DNA of 64,000 nucleotides from Escherichia coli (GCF_003991155.1 NZ_CP031294.1), one strand, 5' to 3'; positions 24,719 to 34,453 are shown, counted from the stretch's first letter. Notes: generated by a model from the sequence alone, not told the origin. Numbers and translations: made by a program.

Positions 24719-25185
24719 TGTTGTTTTGCCTCCATATGTTGATCGATTTGCTCATGTGTTTCTTTTGTTGTTTCTTCAAGCAACGCCGCATACACGTCAG
24801 TGATCGCTGTTTGTGATGTGGCGCTCTTCTTAACCATGCTATTAATCGTTACACTGTCACGTTTTCGTTTTATAGTTCTGGCTTGTTTATTCCGTTCTTC
24901 AACCTCCTTAATGAGTGCGGTCATATCTTCAAAATACAGAGATTCTCCTTTACGAATCTCTTCAACCATCATTTTTAACGCCTTGCATTTGCCTGCTTTA
25001 ATAGCGGTTGCGCACGACTGGAAAGAAGTTCGAGGAAGACGGTTTTCTTTGAAGGCAAGAATGGTGTGCTGGCAAACGGAATAGCTGCAATATGCCGACT
25101 CACCGTTTATCTTTACTTCCTCACAACGAAGTGAATAACTGTTATTTCCTGAAATAGAAGGGATTTTTGACAAATCAGCTTTCAC
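24715..25185 (-). CDS. hypothetical Cys-containing protein (156 aa)
   Basis: ORF overlaps the ligase start by 4 nt. No assignable domain. Confidence 0.5.
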   Translation of the reverse strand: MKADLSKIPSISGNNSYSLRCEEVKINGESAYCSYSVCQHTILAFKENRLPRTSFQSCATAIKAGKCKALKMMVEEIRKGESLYFEDMTALIKEVEERNKQARTIKRKRDSVTINSMVKKSATSQTAITDVYAALLEETTKETHEQIDQHMEAKQQ

Positions 25186-25252
25186 AATTACCGCCAGAAA
25201 TAATCTTGTGCTTACCTATCATTATTTGCGTAAAAAACGACACACAGAGAGC

Positions 25253-26029
25253 TTACCAACTTCCCCAGCTAATCATCTTGCGCTGATCGCTTTCTAAGCG
25301 ATAAGGGGCAAGAAGCTCTGTGACATGATTGGTGGCGTATGATTTAGCCTCTTGCTTAATCATCGGTAATTCGTTAGCAATCCTGACCATCTTCCCAGCA
25401 AATTCCGCCATTACGCCATCACAAGCCTTCCCCGCATCAACAACGATATGCACAAGATCCAACTGGCTTTTGCACATATCCCAAAGAGACGCGTATTCAC
25501 TCTCTCTGATTACATTTACGGCACTATTAGCCCCTTTATTAATCAAAACTTCCAACAGATTTTTCGGGGTAACGAAATCTGCTTTCAGAGATAATGTCTT
25601 TTCACCACTTATCGAACGCAAGTACTCTTCGTAGTTATTCTTCATCAAACCGCTGCTGCGCATTGCTAGAACTGCTTCTTGAATGGCCGCGTCAATAGTT
25701 TCGTCGTTTGAAAGACAAAAAACGGTATTTGTGTAGATCACTCTGCCATCAAGCCATGCTCCAACCTGCACTTTAAGACTGAGCGGGTTTTCTTTGCTAA
25801 TAAAAACAACTAATGCAGAACGCCGTGCACAAGAAGGTTCGCCCCATACGTGTAACTCAACTTTCAGATAAGGCAACCCTGGTAGCGGGATCTCGTCCAT
25901 ACGAGCAGCGATATGATTCATTGCTGTATTGACGGCCTTTCCAATGATGTCTAGTCGACTGCCCTCGCTGATTTCTAAACCTGTTTTATCAATGATGTCA
26001 CAGGCCAATTTCTGAATTTCGTCTTTCAT
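25253..26029 (-). CDS. hypothetical protein (258 aa)
   Basis: ORF with SD AGGAG. No motif recognised. Confidence 0.55.
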   Translation of the reverse strand: MKDEIQKLACDIIDKTGLEISEGSRLDIIGKAVNTAMNHIAARMDEIPLPGLPYLKVELHVWGEPSCARRSALVVFISKENPLSLKVQVGAWLDGRVIYTNTVFCLSNDETIDAAIQEAVLAMRSSGLMKNNYEEYLRSISGEKTLSLKADFVTPKNLLEVLINKGANSAVNVIRESEYASLWDMCKSQLDLVHIVVDAGKACDGVMAEFAGKMVRIANELPMIKQEAKSYATNHVTELLAPYRLESDQRKMISWGSW

Positions 26030-26154
26030 ACCAACTCCTAGCTAACAGATGAAAGTATTCTTACAAAAAACTAAGTATGTATCTACTTATCATTTTAGGC
26101 GCAATAGTTCCCTATACGAAGATGCCGGGCTTATAGTCTGCCCGGCATTCACCA

Positions 26155-26568
26155 TTAATGAGCTACAGCCTCACTGTTGCACATCTTTCTGTAGACCTGC
26201 TTATAACGCTGTAAGTCATGAGGATCATTAGGTGCCAACGACTTCGATAGGATTTTGTATACCACCCCTTTCGAAAACATGCCCTTTGGCTTCATTTCGA
26301 GTTCAACAACATATGAGTGATAGCCCACGTATGCACCAAAGCCATTTTTGGCGTTCAATTCTCCGCACACAAAGCCTGTCACACTCCCATCGTCATGATC
26401 AGTCCTGACAAACTTATCTTTCCTAAACATCACCGACGTGGGATCTTTCATATCATCCGCAATTGCTTGTTGGCCCAGAGCAATAGCCTTCTCGTCTGTA
26501 GGCTTACACCCCACTAAAGCAAACAAAGACAATAAAGCTCCTGTTAAAATCAGCTTATTTTTGCTCAT
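26155..26568 (-). CDS. lipoprotein (137 aa)
   Basis: Signal peptide with lipobox LVGC (MSKNKLILTGALLSLFALVGC). Confidence 0.6.
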   Translation of the reverse strand: MSKNKLILTGALLSLFALVGCKPTDEKAIALGQQAIADDMKDPTSVMFRKDKFVRTDHDDGSVTGFVCGELNAKNGFGAYVGYHSYVVELEMKPKGMFSKGVVYKILSKSLAPNDPHDLQRYKQVYRKMCNSEAVAH

Positions 26569-26797
26569 GTTGGCTTCCCTTTATTTATATTTATCGCAGG
26601 TATTAGTTAATCAAAACACGAGCAGTGCCACAATAATTAAATGGCGTACTATTTCTTATGGTTATTAGTTTCCCAGTAACTTTACCGACCATAAACTAAA
26701 TCAACAAAGCTGACATATTAACTAAATTTAAGTACCCTTTTTCGCACACTTGACGCTTGCCGCGTCTAAACTGTTCATCCTATATCAACAGAAAAAA

Positions 26798-27946
26798 AAC
26801 ATGAAATACATAAAATCTTCATCGTTGCTGGCATTAACTTTGCTTTTTAACTCTGGATTCGTTAACGCAGACAATAAACAAACGCTGATAGAAGCCGCTA
26901 CCGCAGGGGATACCGCAGCACAAAGTGAGTTAGGTACAAATTATTTTGATGGTGTCAATGGTTTTGATAAGGATGTAGTTGAGGCCAAGAAGTGGATTGA
27001 TCTAGCTGCAGAAAAGGGAGATAAAGTAGCATATTATGCACTTGGAGTTATGTACACATTTGGCGAGGGTGTAGATAAAGACCTAAATAAAGCTGTTGAG
27101 TACTACAAACTTGCGGGGGATGCTCGTGAAGGTAGAGCCTACAACAATCTTGGTGCTATTTATCAAAAGGGGATGCTTGGTAAAGTAGATCATGCACTCG
27201 CCATAAAATACTTCAAACTAGCCTCTGATGCCGGGTATGTTAAAGCAACTTCAGTTCTTGGGGCGTATTACCTATATGGTAAAGGCGTTAAAAAGAATTA
27301 TAAAAAGGCTTTTACTTATTACAAAAAGGCGGCAGACCAAGGCAGTTCAGAAGCTATGATAGGATTAGGAATACTATACGATGATGGGTTAGGCGTTAAA
27401 CGCAATGATGCAGAAGCAGTTAAGTGGTATAAAAAGGCAGCGGAACTTGGAAACGCCGACGCCATAACCAATCTTGGCATTATGTATGAGAATGGGGAAG
27501 GTGTAAAAAAGGACTATAAAAAAGCAGCCGACCTTTATCAGACTGCTTGCGATAAAGGAGAAAAAAGAGGCTGCGATTACATTGCAGAACTGAAAGAAAG
27601 CGGCAAATATCGAGCGCCGGCTTCCAAAGCCAAAACAAAATCCGCCACCCAGCGACTTATTGCTAAATCCATTGATAAGGGCGTTAACGCTACATTTACC
27701 TGGCAGGGTGATGATGCTACCTTCACCGCTAATGATGGCAAAGTTGACTGCACCTTCCTGAAGGATTTTTCAGAGAAAGGAGGCAATCTGGCTACCTCGT
27801 TTGTTTGCACCGATAACGTTCAAATCATCCTGAAGCAATTCAGAGATACCAAGAATGCCTACCTCGCGGTAATGACTGACAACTTCAATACAGAAGTTAA
27901 ATCATTTTCGGTCAATGTGTATGTGACTAATACTGGTTCAAACTAG
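26798..27946 (+). CDS. secreted Sel1-like repeat (SLR/TPR) protein
   Basis: Start placed at MKYIKSS, with signal peptide ...GFVNA-DN. About 8 repeats of the A..W..KAA..G...A...LG..Y..G.GV..D pattern. Unique C-terminal domain of about 110 aa. Confidence 0.8.
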   Translation, partial: NMKYIKSSSLLALTLLFNSGFVNADNKQTLIEAATAGDTAAQSELGTNYFDGVNGFDKDVVEAKKWIDLAAEKGDKVAYYALGVMYTFGEGVDKDLNKAVEYYKLAGDAREGRAYNNLGAIYQKGMLGKVDHALAIKYFKLASDAGYVKATSVLGAYYLYGKGVKKNYKKAFTYYKKAADQGSSEAMIGLGILYDDGLGVKRNDAEAVKWYKKAAELGNADAITNLGIMYENGEGVKKDYKKAADLYQTACDKGEKRGCDYIAELKESGKYRAPASKAKTKSATQRLIAKSIDKGVNATFTWQGDDATFTANDGKVDCTFLKDFSEKGGNLATSFVCTDNVQIILKQFRDTKNAYLAVMTDNFNTEVKSFSVNVYVTNTGSN

Positions 27947-29119
27947 TGCTGCAATGCCTTTCACCTTGCTTAAGAGTTCAAGCTGTCGTGAGTAAGGTTT
28001 TGCGCAATAGTAGGCTTTGATAATCTGCCCCGGGGTCGCATCGCCGGGGTCGAGTCCTTCCTCGCCCAAACATGCAATTTTCACATTAAGACCAATACTG
28101 CTCAGTCGCCTGGCTGCGGCCATAGTGTTGCGTATAGCTTGCTTTTCACTATCCCACATCATGATCACATTACGTAACCCACGCGCCTTGAGCGTCAGGA
28201 ACGCGCCTAACTGATCTTCTGCATCCTGAGTGGTGTTACCAGATAGATGCATCCCGAACGTTCCTATTGGTTCCACGTAATCACGTAATGTTTCTTCGTC
28301 AAAAATAGCTCGTTTAACCCCCATAACATCGAACGCCCCCTCACAGACAACTACAGTCTGTTTGCCGACTGCATTATGGCCGTTGTAGAGAAACTTACCT
28401 GAAGCTGGAAGCTGCATAGGAAAGAGGTAGCGGCGTTCTGCTGTACCGGTAATGTCTCGTCCCTGAAATGTCTTCATTACCCCATCCAGATCGTAAACCG
28501 GTATCAGTATTCGCATATCGAATATCTGCCCTTTTACCTGATCTGTATACGGATCTACATAAGCGTGCTTGCCTTCGACGCAGTATCGTAGGTCAAAATA
28601 CTTTGCCATTTCAGGTGATATGTTTCGTTCAACCAGATAGTCTGGAAGACGGCCATCTATAGGAAGCTCGTAATGACGAGGGAGTGCAACTGGCCCCTCT
28701 AACTCGACTGTGCTTGCAAGCACTAGCTCTTCTTTCTTTGGTGCCCACCCCTGGGAAAGAAGGGCGTTCTGCACATATTCCTCGAACTGTCGTCGTGATT
28801 TGCCGCTGTAGTGCTTGAGGAAGACCAGCTTATTGAACTGAATCTCTTCGGGATGATCACCAGCGAAGCATTTACCGACGCCACTGGTCAGATTGAAATA
28901 TACCTTCCAGTTGGAGCTGCCGCATACCGGACACTCTTTGATATTCACTTCACGACCGCGAGCACTCACACCTCCACGTCGATAAACGATACCTTCAGTA
29001 TCCAACCATTGTTCAAAATCTAATTCGGCAATTAGCTCTTTCAGCTCGCTCACGATAATTCCACTTTTAACAGGCAATATTGTGACCAACCTAAATGTTG
29101 ATATAACATAAAGGCTCAT
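27938..29119 (-). CDS. DNA primase (zinc ribbon plus TOPRIM)
   Basis: CPVCGSSNWKVYF...C..GDH zinc ribbon. TOPRIM VVVCEGAFDVMG and MWDSE. I moved the start to ATG 29119, whose leader ACCACAAAAGAAAAACACATG matches other early genes. Confidence 0.8.
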   Translation of the reverse strand: MSLYVISTFRLVTILPVKSGIIVSELKELIAELDFEQWLDTEGIVYRRGGVSARGREVNIKECPVCGSSNWKVYFNLTSGVGKCFAGDHPEEIQFNKLVFLKHYSGKSRRQFEEYVQNALLSQGWAPKKEELVLASTVELEGPVALPRHYELPIDGRLPDYLVERNISPEMAKYFDLRYCVEGKHAYVDPYTDQVKGQIFDMRILIPVYDLDGVMKTFQGRDITGTAERRYLFPMQLPASGKFLYNGHNAVGKQTVVVCEGAFDVMGVKRAIFDEETLRDYVEPIGTFGMHLSGNTTQDAEDQLGAFLTLKARGLRNVIMMWDSEKQAIRNTMAAARRLSSIGLNVKIACLGEEGLDPGDATPGQIIKAYYCAKPYSRQLELLSKVKGIAALV

Positions 29120-29200
29120 GTGTTTTTCTTTTGTGGTTTGGCAAAAGAAAAGTTGTTTCACCAATGAATCAAGCGTGGAGGTGTTCTCCACGCTTATTTT

Positions 29201-30541
29201 TTAGGTAACGTCTAAGATTCGCTCAATGAAGCGCATTTGTTCGAGGTTTTGTTTAACGCGAATGCTGATCCCTCCCTGCTGGTTACGCGAACCAGCAAAG
29301 TAGAGACGAGCCTCTCCTTTCGCTTCTTCTTCTTCGGTTTTGTTGATCGTTATTACCAGGTCAGCAATACGTACTTTTTCGATGTTGTCGGCAGCGTGCA
29401 TCATTGTGGCAACTTCTGACGCGCCACCTTCACGGTTTGTTTGCGATGCTGTGATACCAGCAACGTTGTGTTTGTCATAAAGAGCACGTAAATCGGTGTA
29501 GATACTACGAATGTTGGCGCGATCATCACGAAGGTCATAACTGGCACGCATCAAATCTGCGTAGTCGACAACAAGCATGTCAGGCACCATGCCATTGGCT
29601 TTCATGCTGTTAAGCATACGGTCCAGATCTGCCGGTGACATACTTCCTGACGGACGCTCAACAACCCACAAACTACCAATCCCCTTAGTGGCTCCCAACT
29701 CTGCCAACTTACGATGAACTTCATCGCGCCGTTCCACCAGCTTGGACATTTCCGTCTCCGACAATCTTGCATCAAAGCGGTCGGACAAAATGTTGGTGTG
29801 AACCTCCAGCGAGAGATACAGAACATTGTAGCCAGCAAGCGTTGCGTTTATGGAAAACTCACCCATTGCGGTCGATTTACCGGATTTAGCGAACCCCATG
29901 AAAAGCACCATTTCGCGCTTTGCCCAGCCTTTTTGGTACAGCAACCTATCGAGAAGAGGGAGTCCTGTTGTAATACTGTTTGGTACATACTCCTCTGAAG
30001 CCTCATATTCACGCGCTTTCAATCGCTCACTTGCGGAGGTGTAGTAGTCATAGATTCCGGTCGCTTCGTTCGATCCAATCTGCTGAACCTTGGCCATGAT
30101 TGCCATCGCCCCCTGAAAGTCGCCTTTCTCTTTCAGTTCAGCAGCCTTAATCAGAGCATCATCAAACGCTACGCTTTTTGCGAAGGTTGATACCTGGTCA
30201 ACCATGTACGAGGTATCGGACAATTTTTCTGCAAGGATGCGCTTAAACGCAGCAACAACATCGGCGAATAGTTCCTCACGGATAGTCTTATCGCGTTTCG
30301 CACGCTTAAGCATATCCAGAATTGCAGATGAAGAGGGCGCGCTCTTGTACATACGGTAATAGCCCGAAACCATATTAACCAATATGGCATTGGCCGCATT
30401 GGCAAATTGGCTAGGCACAACCAGATCTCCCGCACGAGTAAGAAACTCGTGATCACGACAAAAATATGCCGTCAGTCTGTTCTGGAAATCTTCATCAAAC
30501 TCTTCGGACAGCCCGCGTCCTGTATGGCAAAGTTCGGTCAT
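29201..30541 (-). CDS. dnaB: DnaB-like replicative helicase
   Basis: Walker A GFAKSGKST, Walker B LVVDYADL, arginine-finger region TASQTNREG. Confidence 0.88.
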   Translation of the reverse strand: MTELCHTGRGLSEEFDEDFQNRLTAYFCRDHEFLTRAGDLVVPSQFANAANAILVNMVSGYYRMYKSAPSSSAILDMLKRAKRDKTIREELFADVVAAFKRILAEKLSDTSYMVDQVSTFAKSVAFDDALIKAAELKEKGDFQGAMAIMAKVQQIGSNEATGIYDYYTSASERLKAREYEASEEYVPNSITTGLPLLDRLLYQKGWAKREMVLFMGFAKSGKSTAMGEFSINATLAGYNVLYLSLEVHTNILSDRFDARLSETEMSKLVERRDEVHRKLAELGATKGIGSLWVVERPSGSMSPADLDRMLNSMKANGMVPDMLVVDYADLMRASYDLRDDRANIRSIYTDLRALYDKHNVAGITASQTNREGGASEVATMMHAADNIEKVRIADLVITINKTEEEEAKGEARLYFAGSRNQQGGISIRVKQNLEQMRFIERILDVT

Positions 30542-30560
30542 GTGCTTTCCTTTGTTTTTT

Positions 30561-30576
30561 AAACAAATTGTTTTCT
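30561..30576. promoter_or_regulatory. AAACAAATTGTTTTCT operator-like palindrome (family B)
   Basis: Exact copy of 3082-3097. 20-35 nt upstream of the dnaB ATG. Confidence 0.5.
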
Positions 30577-30584
30577 AGTATTAG

Positions 30585-31334
30585 TTAATTAGATAGGGGA
30601 TCAATAAACCGCCGTGCTTCTTCCAGTTCTTCTGGAAAGTGGGCGGAAATAAGGCGCTCTGGAACGATTTCCATTAGCCAGATAGCGGAGAAAATTGCGC
30701 GTATGCGCTTGCTGCGGGGGATGGTGCGTAAACGCTCCAGAATCCACTCAAAATAGCTTTCCTGGATCGGGTTGAACTGCATGTCTCCTATATGCTTAAA
30801 GCTAACCAGAGAGTCATCCAGACGGGTTGTTGCGCGTCTGGCTAATTTCTCTTCAAATATCTCAATCAGTTCTGGCTGCCACAAATGCTGTGGGCGAGGC
30901 AGCTTGTCCCACAGACGTCGTGCAGCTGCGGAAAGAACGGTGGAGATAAAGTAGTCGTATGAGCAGCAATAGCGGTCAGCAAACTGGCGTGCTTTCCATA
31001 GCGACGTTTTATTGGCAGTCGACAACTCCTGATAAGGCAGGCGTTTTAACCCGGTGGTGAACGGAGCTGTTTCAAAGTGTTCGCGACCGTGCGTCAGCAT
31101 GATATTTGAGTACTGACGTTTGTATGCCTCCGTAAACAGACAGGTGGCCATAAGAGGATGCATGTCGCGGTAATCAAACCACTTCGTATCGAAGAGTTCA
31201 GCCTCGTCTTTGCAGCGCGACAAACCAATGTTTTCAGCAACCCACTTATCCATAACAGCGGTATTCCACTCTGTCATGAAGTCGTACTGGTCGTTGTCGA
31301 TGGTGTCGAAAAAGATTTGGCTCATGTGGCTCAC
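30585..31334 (-). CDS. hypothetical protein, first gene of the helicase-primase operon
   Basis: 249-aa ORF. No NTPase motif. The position suggests a replication accessory or loader role, which is inference only. Confidence 0.5.
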   Translation of the reverse strand: MSHMSQIFFDTIDNDQYDFMTEWNTAVMDKWVAENIGLSRCKDEAELFDTKWFDYRDMHPLMATCLFTEAYKRQYSNIMLTHGREHFETAPFTTGLKRLPYQELSTANKTSLWKARQFADRYCCSYDYFISTVLSAAARRLWDKLPRPQHLWQPELIEIFEEKLARRATTRLDDSLVSFKHIGDMQFNPIQESYFEWILERLRTIPRSKRIRAIFSAIWLMEIVPERLISAHFPEELEEARRFIDPLSN

Positions 31335-31442
31335 CTGGTAGGTAGTTACTTACTTATCACAATGAGCTGATGATAGCGATTGGTGGCAGTTTTTGGAAGT
31401 GGAAACGGAAGGGAGTTGTTCTGGTGGGTATCTTTTGAAAGA

Positions 31443-31486
31443 CCTGCTTCCGTATATTTAATAAGTTACTTATTATTTATATACAG
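31443..31486. repeat. about 45-bp repeat R1 with core palindrome AATAAGTTACTTATT
   Basis: CCTGCTTCCGTATAT(AT)TTAATAAGTTACTTATTATTTATATA(TA)CAG recurs at 63937-63984. Both copies lie upstream of long minus-strand operons. Confidence 0.8.
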
Positions 31487-31503
31487 AAACAGGTCATGAA
31501 TAC

Positions 31504-33198
31504 TTAATTATTAAGCAATCTGCTCACACGTAGTTTGTTAAGACTTGATCTAGAGGCCAGTTTCGTTAATGCACCTATTGCTTTATTCGTGATTTTTTGC
31601 TGTTCTTCTGTTAGTTCTTGCATACTTTTGAATCTGAGCAACCCCTTTCTCACTAAATCCAAAGCATCCTGATTGCGGGATAATATCCACTTTAAATAAT
31701 CATCTTCAGAGAAACTGTTAAGATATGCTATGTCACTATGATTAAATTTGCCTTCAATTATTTTGTATAAAACATTCTCTAAATTAGTCTCTTCAGGCTT
31801 CTTATCCATCAATTTTTTTTGAATTAGCAGACCTAACGTTTCGTTACCAAATATCTCTACATACAAATTCCGAAAAGCAGTATAAGCATCATCTTGGCTA
31901 ACAAAGGCATCTGCATATGCCTCTATATAACTATCACAATCAATCTCCAATCTATTTAAGATATCAATCAAGCCTATGAAGTGAGCAACAGGTATGTGTG
32001 AAAGATTGTCGTTAATTACACATTTTATCTTAGAAATAAACTCAGATTCATTGTCCTTGAATGAGTCACTAAAAATATCCCAAACATTGTTAACCTCACA
32101 TAAAGCCTTGTGTTCTTTATATTGTTTATTTTTTTCTTCTATTATACCTCGAATATTGCTTTCAGTAGAAAGATAACCATTCTTGAGATAAAAATCTATG
32201 TCATCATCGAAAGCAATTTCCGCTCGTTCATAAATAATATCAAGACTATTAATAAATGAATATACAGAATCATCCTTTTTATCATCTAACATGTAATCAA
32301 ATACATGTATGTTTTTAATTGATTCTTTAAACAAGGCATAATCAACACCTGGAACACCAGAATAGTAAACCACTGAAAACAGAACCAATCTATTGATAAA
32401 ACTTTCTCTAACCTTATCCTCTGCCAAGCTTAGCTCATTCCTAAGATTAACCAGAGATGTTTTTATTTTATTTAATATACGGATATTTTTAATGCCTAAG
32501 TCATTTGCTAAGACTTTTAACAAAAGAAAATCAGAATCAGTTTCATAAAAAACTTTACGTAAGTTCTTCTCAGGCGTAGGATCGTATTTTATTTCGACAT
32601 CAATTACTTTTTCTCTGTACTCTAAAAACTGTTTTTTTGCAGTTTCATCATGTAAATTATCTTCATTTAAAATTAGAACAACTTTGCAACCTTTTCTTCT
32701 TGCTAATTCATCAATTACCCCCATAATTTCTTTAACTTCTAGCGAATTACCTTTTCTTTCAACATCATCAATACAAACCAAATAATTATTAACAAATTTA
32801 TACTCAAGAGATGACAGCAGGTTATCTGTTTTGAACCCAAAAAAATCGTTCTTTCCGAAATGTATTAAAAATTTTGACAAGGAGTTGTATTTCAACCATC
32901 CCCAAAACCCATTTCTATAACGAATCATAGTTCGATCCGTTTCAGATAAAATTAGTTCTTTATATTTCTTTTCATTAATTGGTGTGGCACAATGATAAAG
33001 AGTTTTTTTAATATCACCAATAGAGTTAACCCCAAACAAAGAAACATACGAATATGCATTAAAATCTAATCCTTCAGAATGCTTAGTATAAAAACTATTC
33101 CAATAATGAGTTTTACCAACGCCCCAATCTCCTTTTATGACGGCAACCCGATGATCTGAAACTAGAAAATTTTTTAGAAATGATTCTATCGATTCCAT
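31504..33198 (-). CDS. KAP-family P-loop NTPase
   Basis: Walker A GDWGVGKT (GxWGxGKT/S type). Walker B LVCIDDVER (hhhhDD[LV][DE]R type). Very AT-rich. Start placed at MESIESF (SD AAAGGA). Confidence 0.75.
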   Translation of the reverse strand: MESIESFLKNFLVSDHRVAVIKGDWGVGKTHYWNSFYTKHSEGLDFNAYSYVSLFGVNSIGDIKKTLYHCATPINEKKYKELILSETDRTMIRYRNGFWGWLKYNSLSKFLIHFGKNDFFGFKTDNLLSSLEYKFVNNYLVCIDDVERKGNSLEVKEIMGVIDELARRKGCKVVLILNEDNLHDETAKKQFLEYREKVIDVEIKYDPTPEKNLRKVFYETDSDFLLLKVLANDLGIKNIRILNKIKTSLVNLRNELSLAEDKVRESFINRLVLFSVVYYSGVPGVDYALFKESIKNIHVFDYMLDDKKDDSVYSFINSLDIIYERAEIAFDDDIDFYLKNGYLSTESNIRGIIEEKNKQYKEHKALCEVNNVWDIFSDSFKDNESEFISKIKCVINDNLSHIPVAHFIGLIDILNRLEIDCDSYIEAYADAFVSQDDAYTAFRNLYVEIFGNETLGLLIQKKLMDKKPEETNLENVLYKIIEGKFNHSDIAYLNSFSEDDYLKWILSRNQDALDLVRKGLLRFKSMQELTEEQQKITNKAIGALTKLASRSSLNKLRVSRLLNN

Positions 33199-33249
33199 TA
33201 GTATCAATCCTTTAATTCATATATTGGGCGTAACAAACGCCCAATATAA

Positions 33250-33609
33250 TCAACCTTTCTTCATCAACTCTCGTTTAATTTCATCGGTACGCATCGTAAC
33301 GTCGGCAGCTGTGATCGCCTCGTTAAGCTTCACGATGTCCTCGATTTCCTGCGGTGACTTCTCTGCCAGATGGAAAATGGCTGCTCGAATCACGTCAGAA
33401 CGAGTGAACTTCTCGAAGCGAGGGATGAACTTCATCATCTCCAGCAGTTCGAAGTATTCGTCTTCCAGTGACATTGTGCGGCTTTTAATTTTCTCTTTGC
33501 CACGAGTCGGGCGTCCCTGTGGTCTGACTGGTTGGCGCAAAGGAGTTGTGTTCTTAGCCGGTGCATCAGGCTCTTTGCGCTTTGCTAGGTCACCCATTTT
33601 CATGGACAT
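33250..33609 (-). CDS. ribbon-helix-helix partition or centromere-binding protein (ParG-like)
   Basis: Directly downstream of parA with a 1-nt overlap. Basic disordered N-terminus. RHH-like RTMSLEDEYFELLEMM...RSDVIRAAIFHLA. Confidence 0.55.
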   Translation of the reverse strand: MSMKMGDLAKRKEPDAPAKNTTPLRQPVRPQGRPTRGKEKIKSRTMSLEDEYFELLEMMKFIPRFEKFTRSDVIRAAIFHLAEKSPQEIEDIVKLNEAITAADVTMRTDEIKRELMKKG

Positions 33610-34277
33610 TATTCTTCTTCCTCCAGACTCAACAGATAATCTACAAATTCTTCAAACTCGGCTTCCGCCTTTTTGTCGCGCTCGTTACCGGTCATTTCAA
33701 AGATAGAACGACCAGACTCTTCCGCATCATCATAGACGTTGCGGTTATATAGATTGACTGGCGCAGACTCGATGCCAAACGTCTCAACAATCTCTTTAGC
33801 CGCCAGAATGCGAGACACTTGTGATGGCAAAGCCGGGCACTGGTTCATGACCGCGCGGACCTTCACTTTATCGTTTACATTACGAACATTGTCGATAATA
33901 GGATCAATGTCACGTAAAGATTTCAAATCACGACGCTTAGGACGCAGCGGGATAATGATAACGTCAGCCATCAGCATCGCTTGTCGCTGAATTTCGGAGT
34001 CGAAGCCACCAGCATCTACCACTACAAACTCAGCTCTACCCTGAAGCGATTTTAGGTGCTTAATGATGTCATCCTGAACGTATGCAAAAGGAATCAGCTC
34101 AAGGTCTTCGTTCTGTCGACGGTCTTCACACCAGCTCGTTGTCGTGCGCTGAATATCTATATCGGTAATATAAACCTTCTTCTTCTTTTTGACTTTCAGG
34201 CAAACGGCAATTTGCTGGGCAACGGTGGATTTGCCAGGCCCGCCCTTTGTGCCGCCAACCACAAAGATCTTGGTCAT
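33609..34277 (-). CDS. parA: ParA/Soj-type partition ATPase
   Basis: Deviant Walker A GGTKGGPGKST. Walker A' and B (VVVDAGG). Confidence 0.9.
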   Translation of the reverse strand: MTKIFVVGGTKGGPGKSTVAQQIAVCLKVKKKKKVYITDIDIQRTTTSWCEDRRQNEDLELIPFAYVQDDIIKHLKSLQGRAEFVVVDAGGFDSEIQRQAMLMADVIIIPLRPKRRDLKSLRDIDPIIDNVRNVNDKVKVRAVMNQCPALPSQVSRILAAKEIVETFGIESAPVNLYNRNVYDDAEESGRSIFEMTGNERDKKAEAEFEEFVDYLLSLEEEE

Positions 34278-34311
34278 TGGAGAGTTCCCTTTGCGTATAT
34301 AATTATCGTCT

Positions 34312-34328
34312 GAAACAACTTGTTTTCT
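34312..34328. promoter_or_regulatory. family-B palindrome variant GAAACAACTTGTTTTCT upstream of parA
   Basis: 35-50 nt upstream of the parA ATG. A possible TTTACA-17-TAGGCT promoter lies just upstream on the minus strand. Confidence 0.45.
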
Positions 34329-34425
34329 TATATGTGATATAGCCTAAATGCCTACGGCTGTGGTGTAAAGGTTAAATGGTAGGTGCTGCCTTAGAATTTT
34401 TAGGCGAGAATTAATGGCTGTTAAC

Positions 34426-34448
34426 AAAAAAGGCGACCAAAGTCGCCT
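34426..34448 (-). terminator. bidirectional rho-independent terminator
   Basis: AGGCGACcaaaGTCGCCT flanked by A5 and T5 runs. Confidence 0.7.
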
Positions 34449-34453
34449 GATTT

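Noticed and set aside
24144-24803. 219-aa plus-strand ORF antisense to the DNA ligase gene
   Set aside because: It lies entirely within a gene that has clear ligase motifs. The product is Ser/Leu-rich, typical of an antisense shadow frame, with no start signals.
29120-29191. N-terminal 24 codons of the longest primase ORF (ATG at 29191)
   Set aside because: The region contains a stem-loop (AGCGTGGAG...CTCCACGCT) and a family-B-like motif. The internal ATG at 29119 has the stereotyped early-gene leader. The choice remains uncertain, because the residues after 29119 (MSLYVISTFRLV...) are not obviously primase-like.
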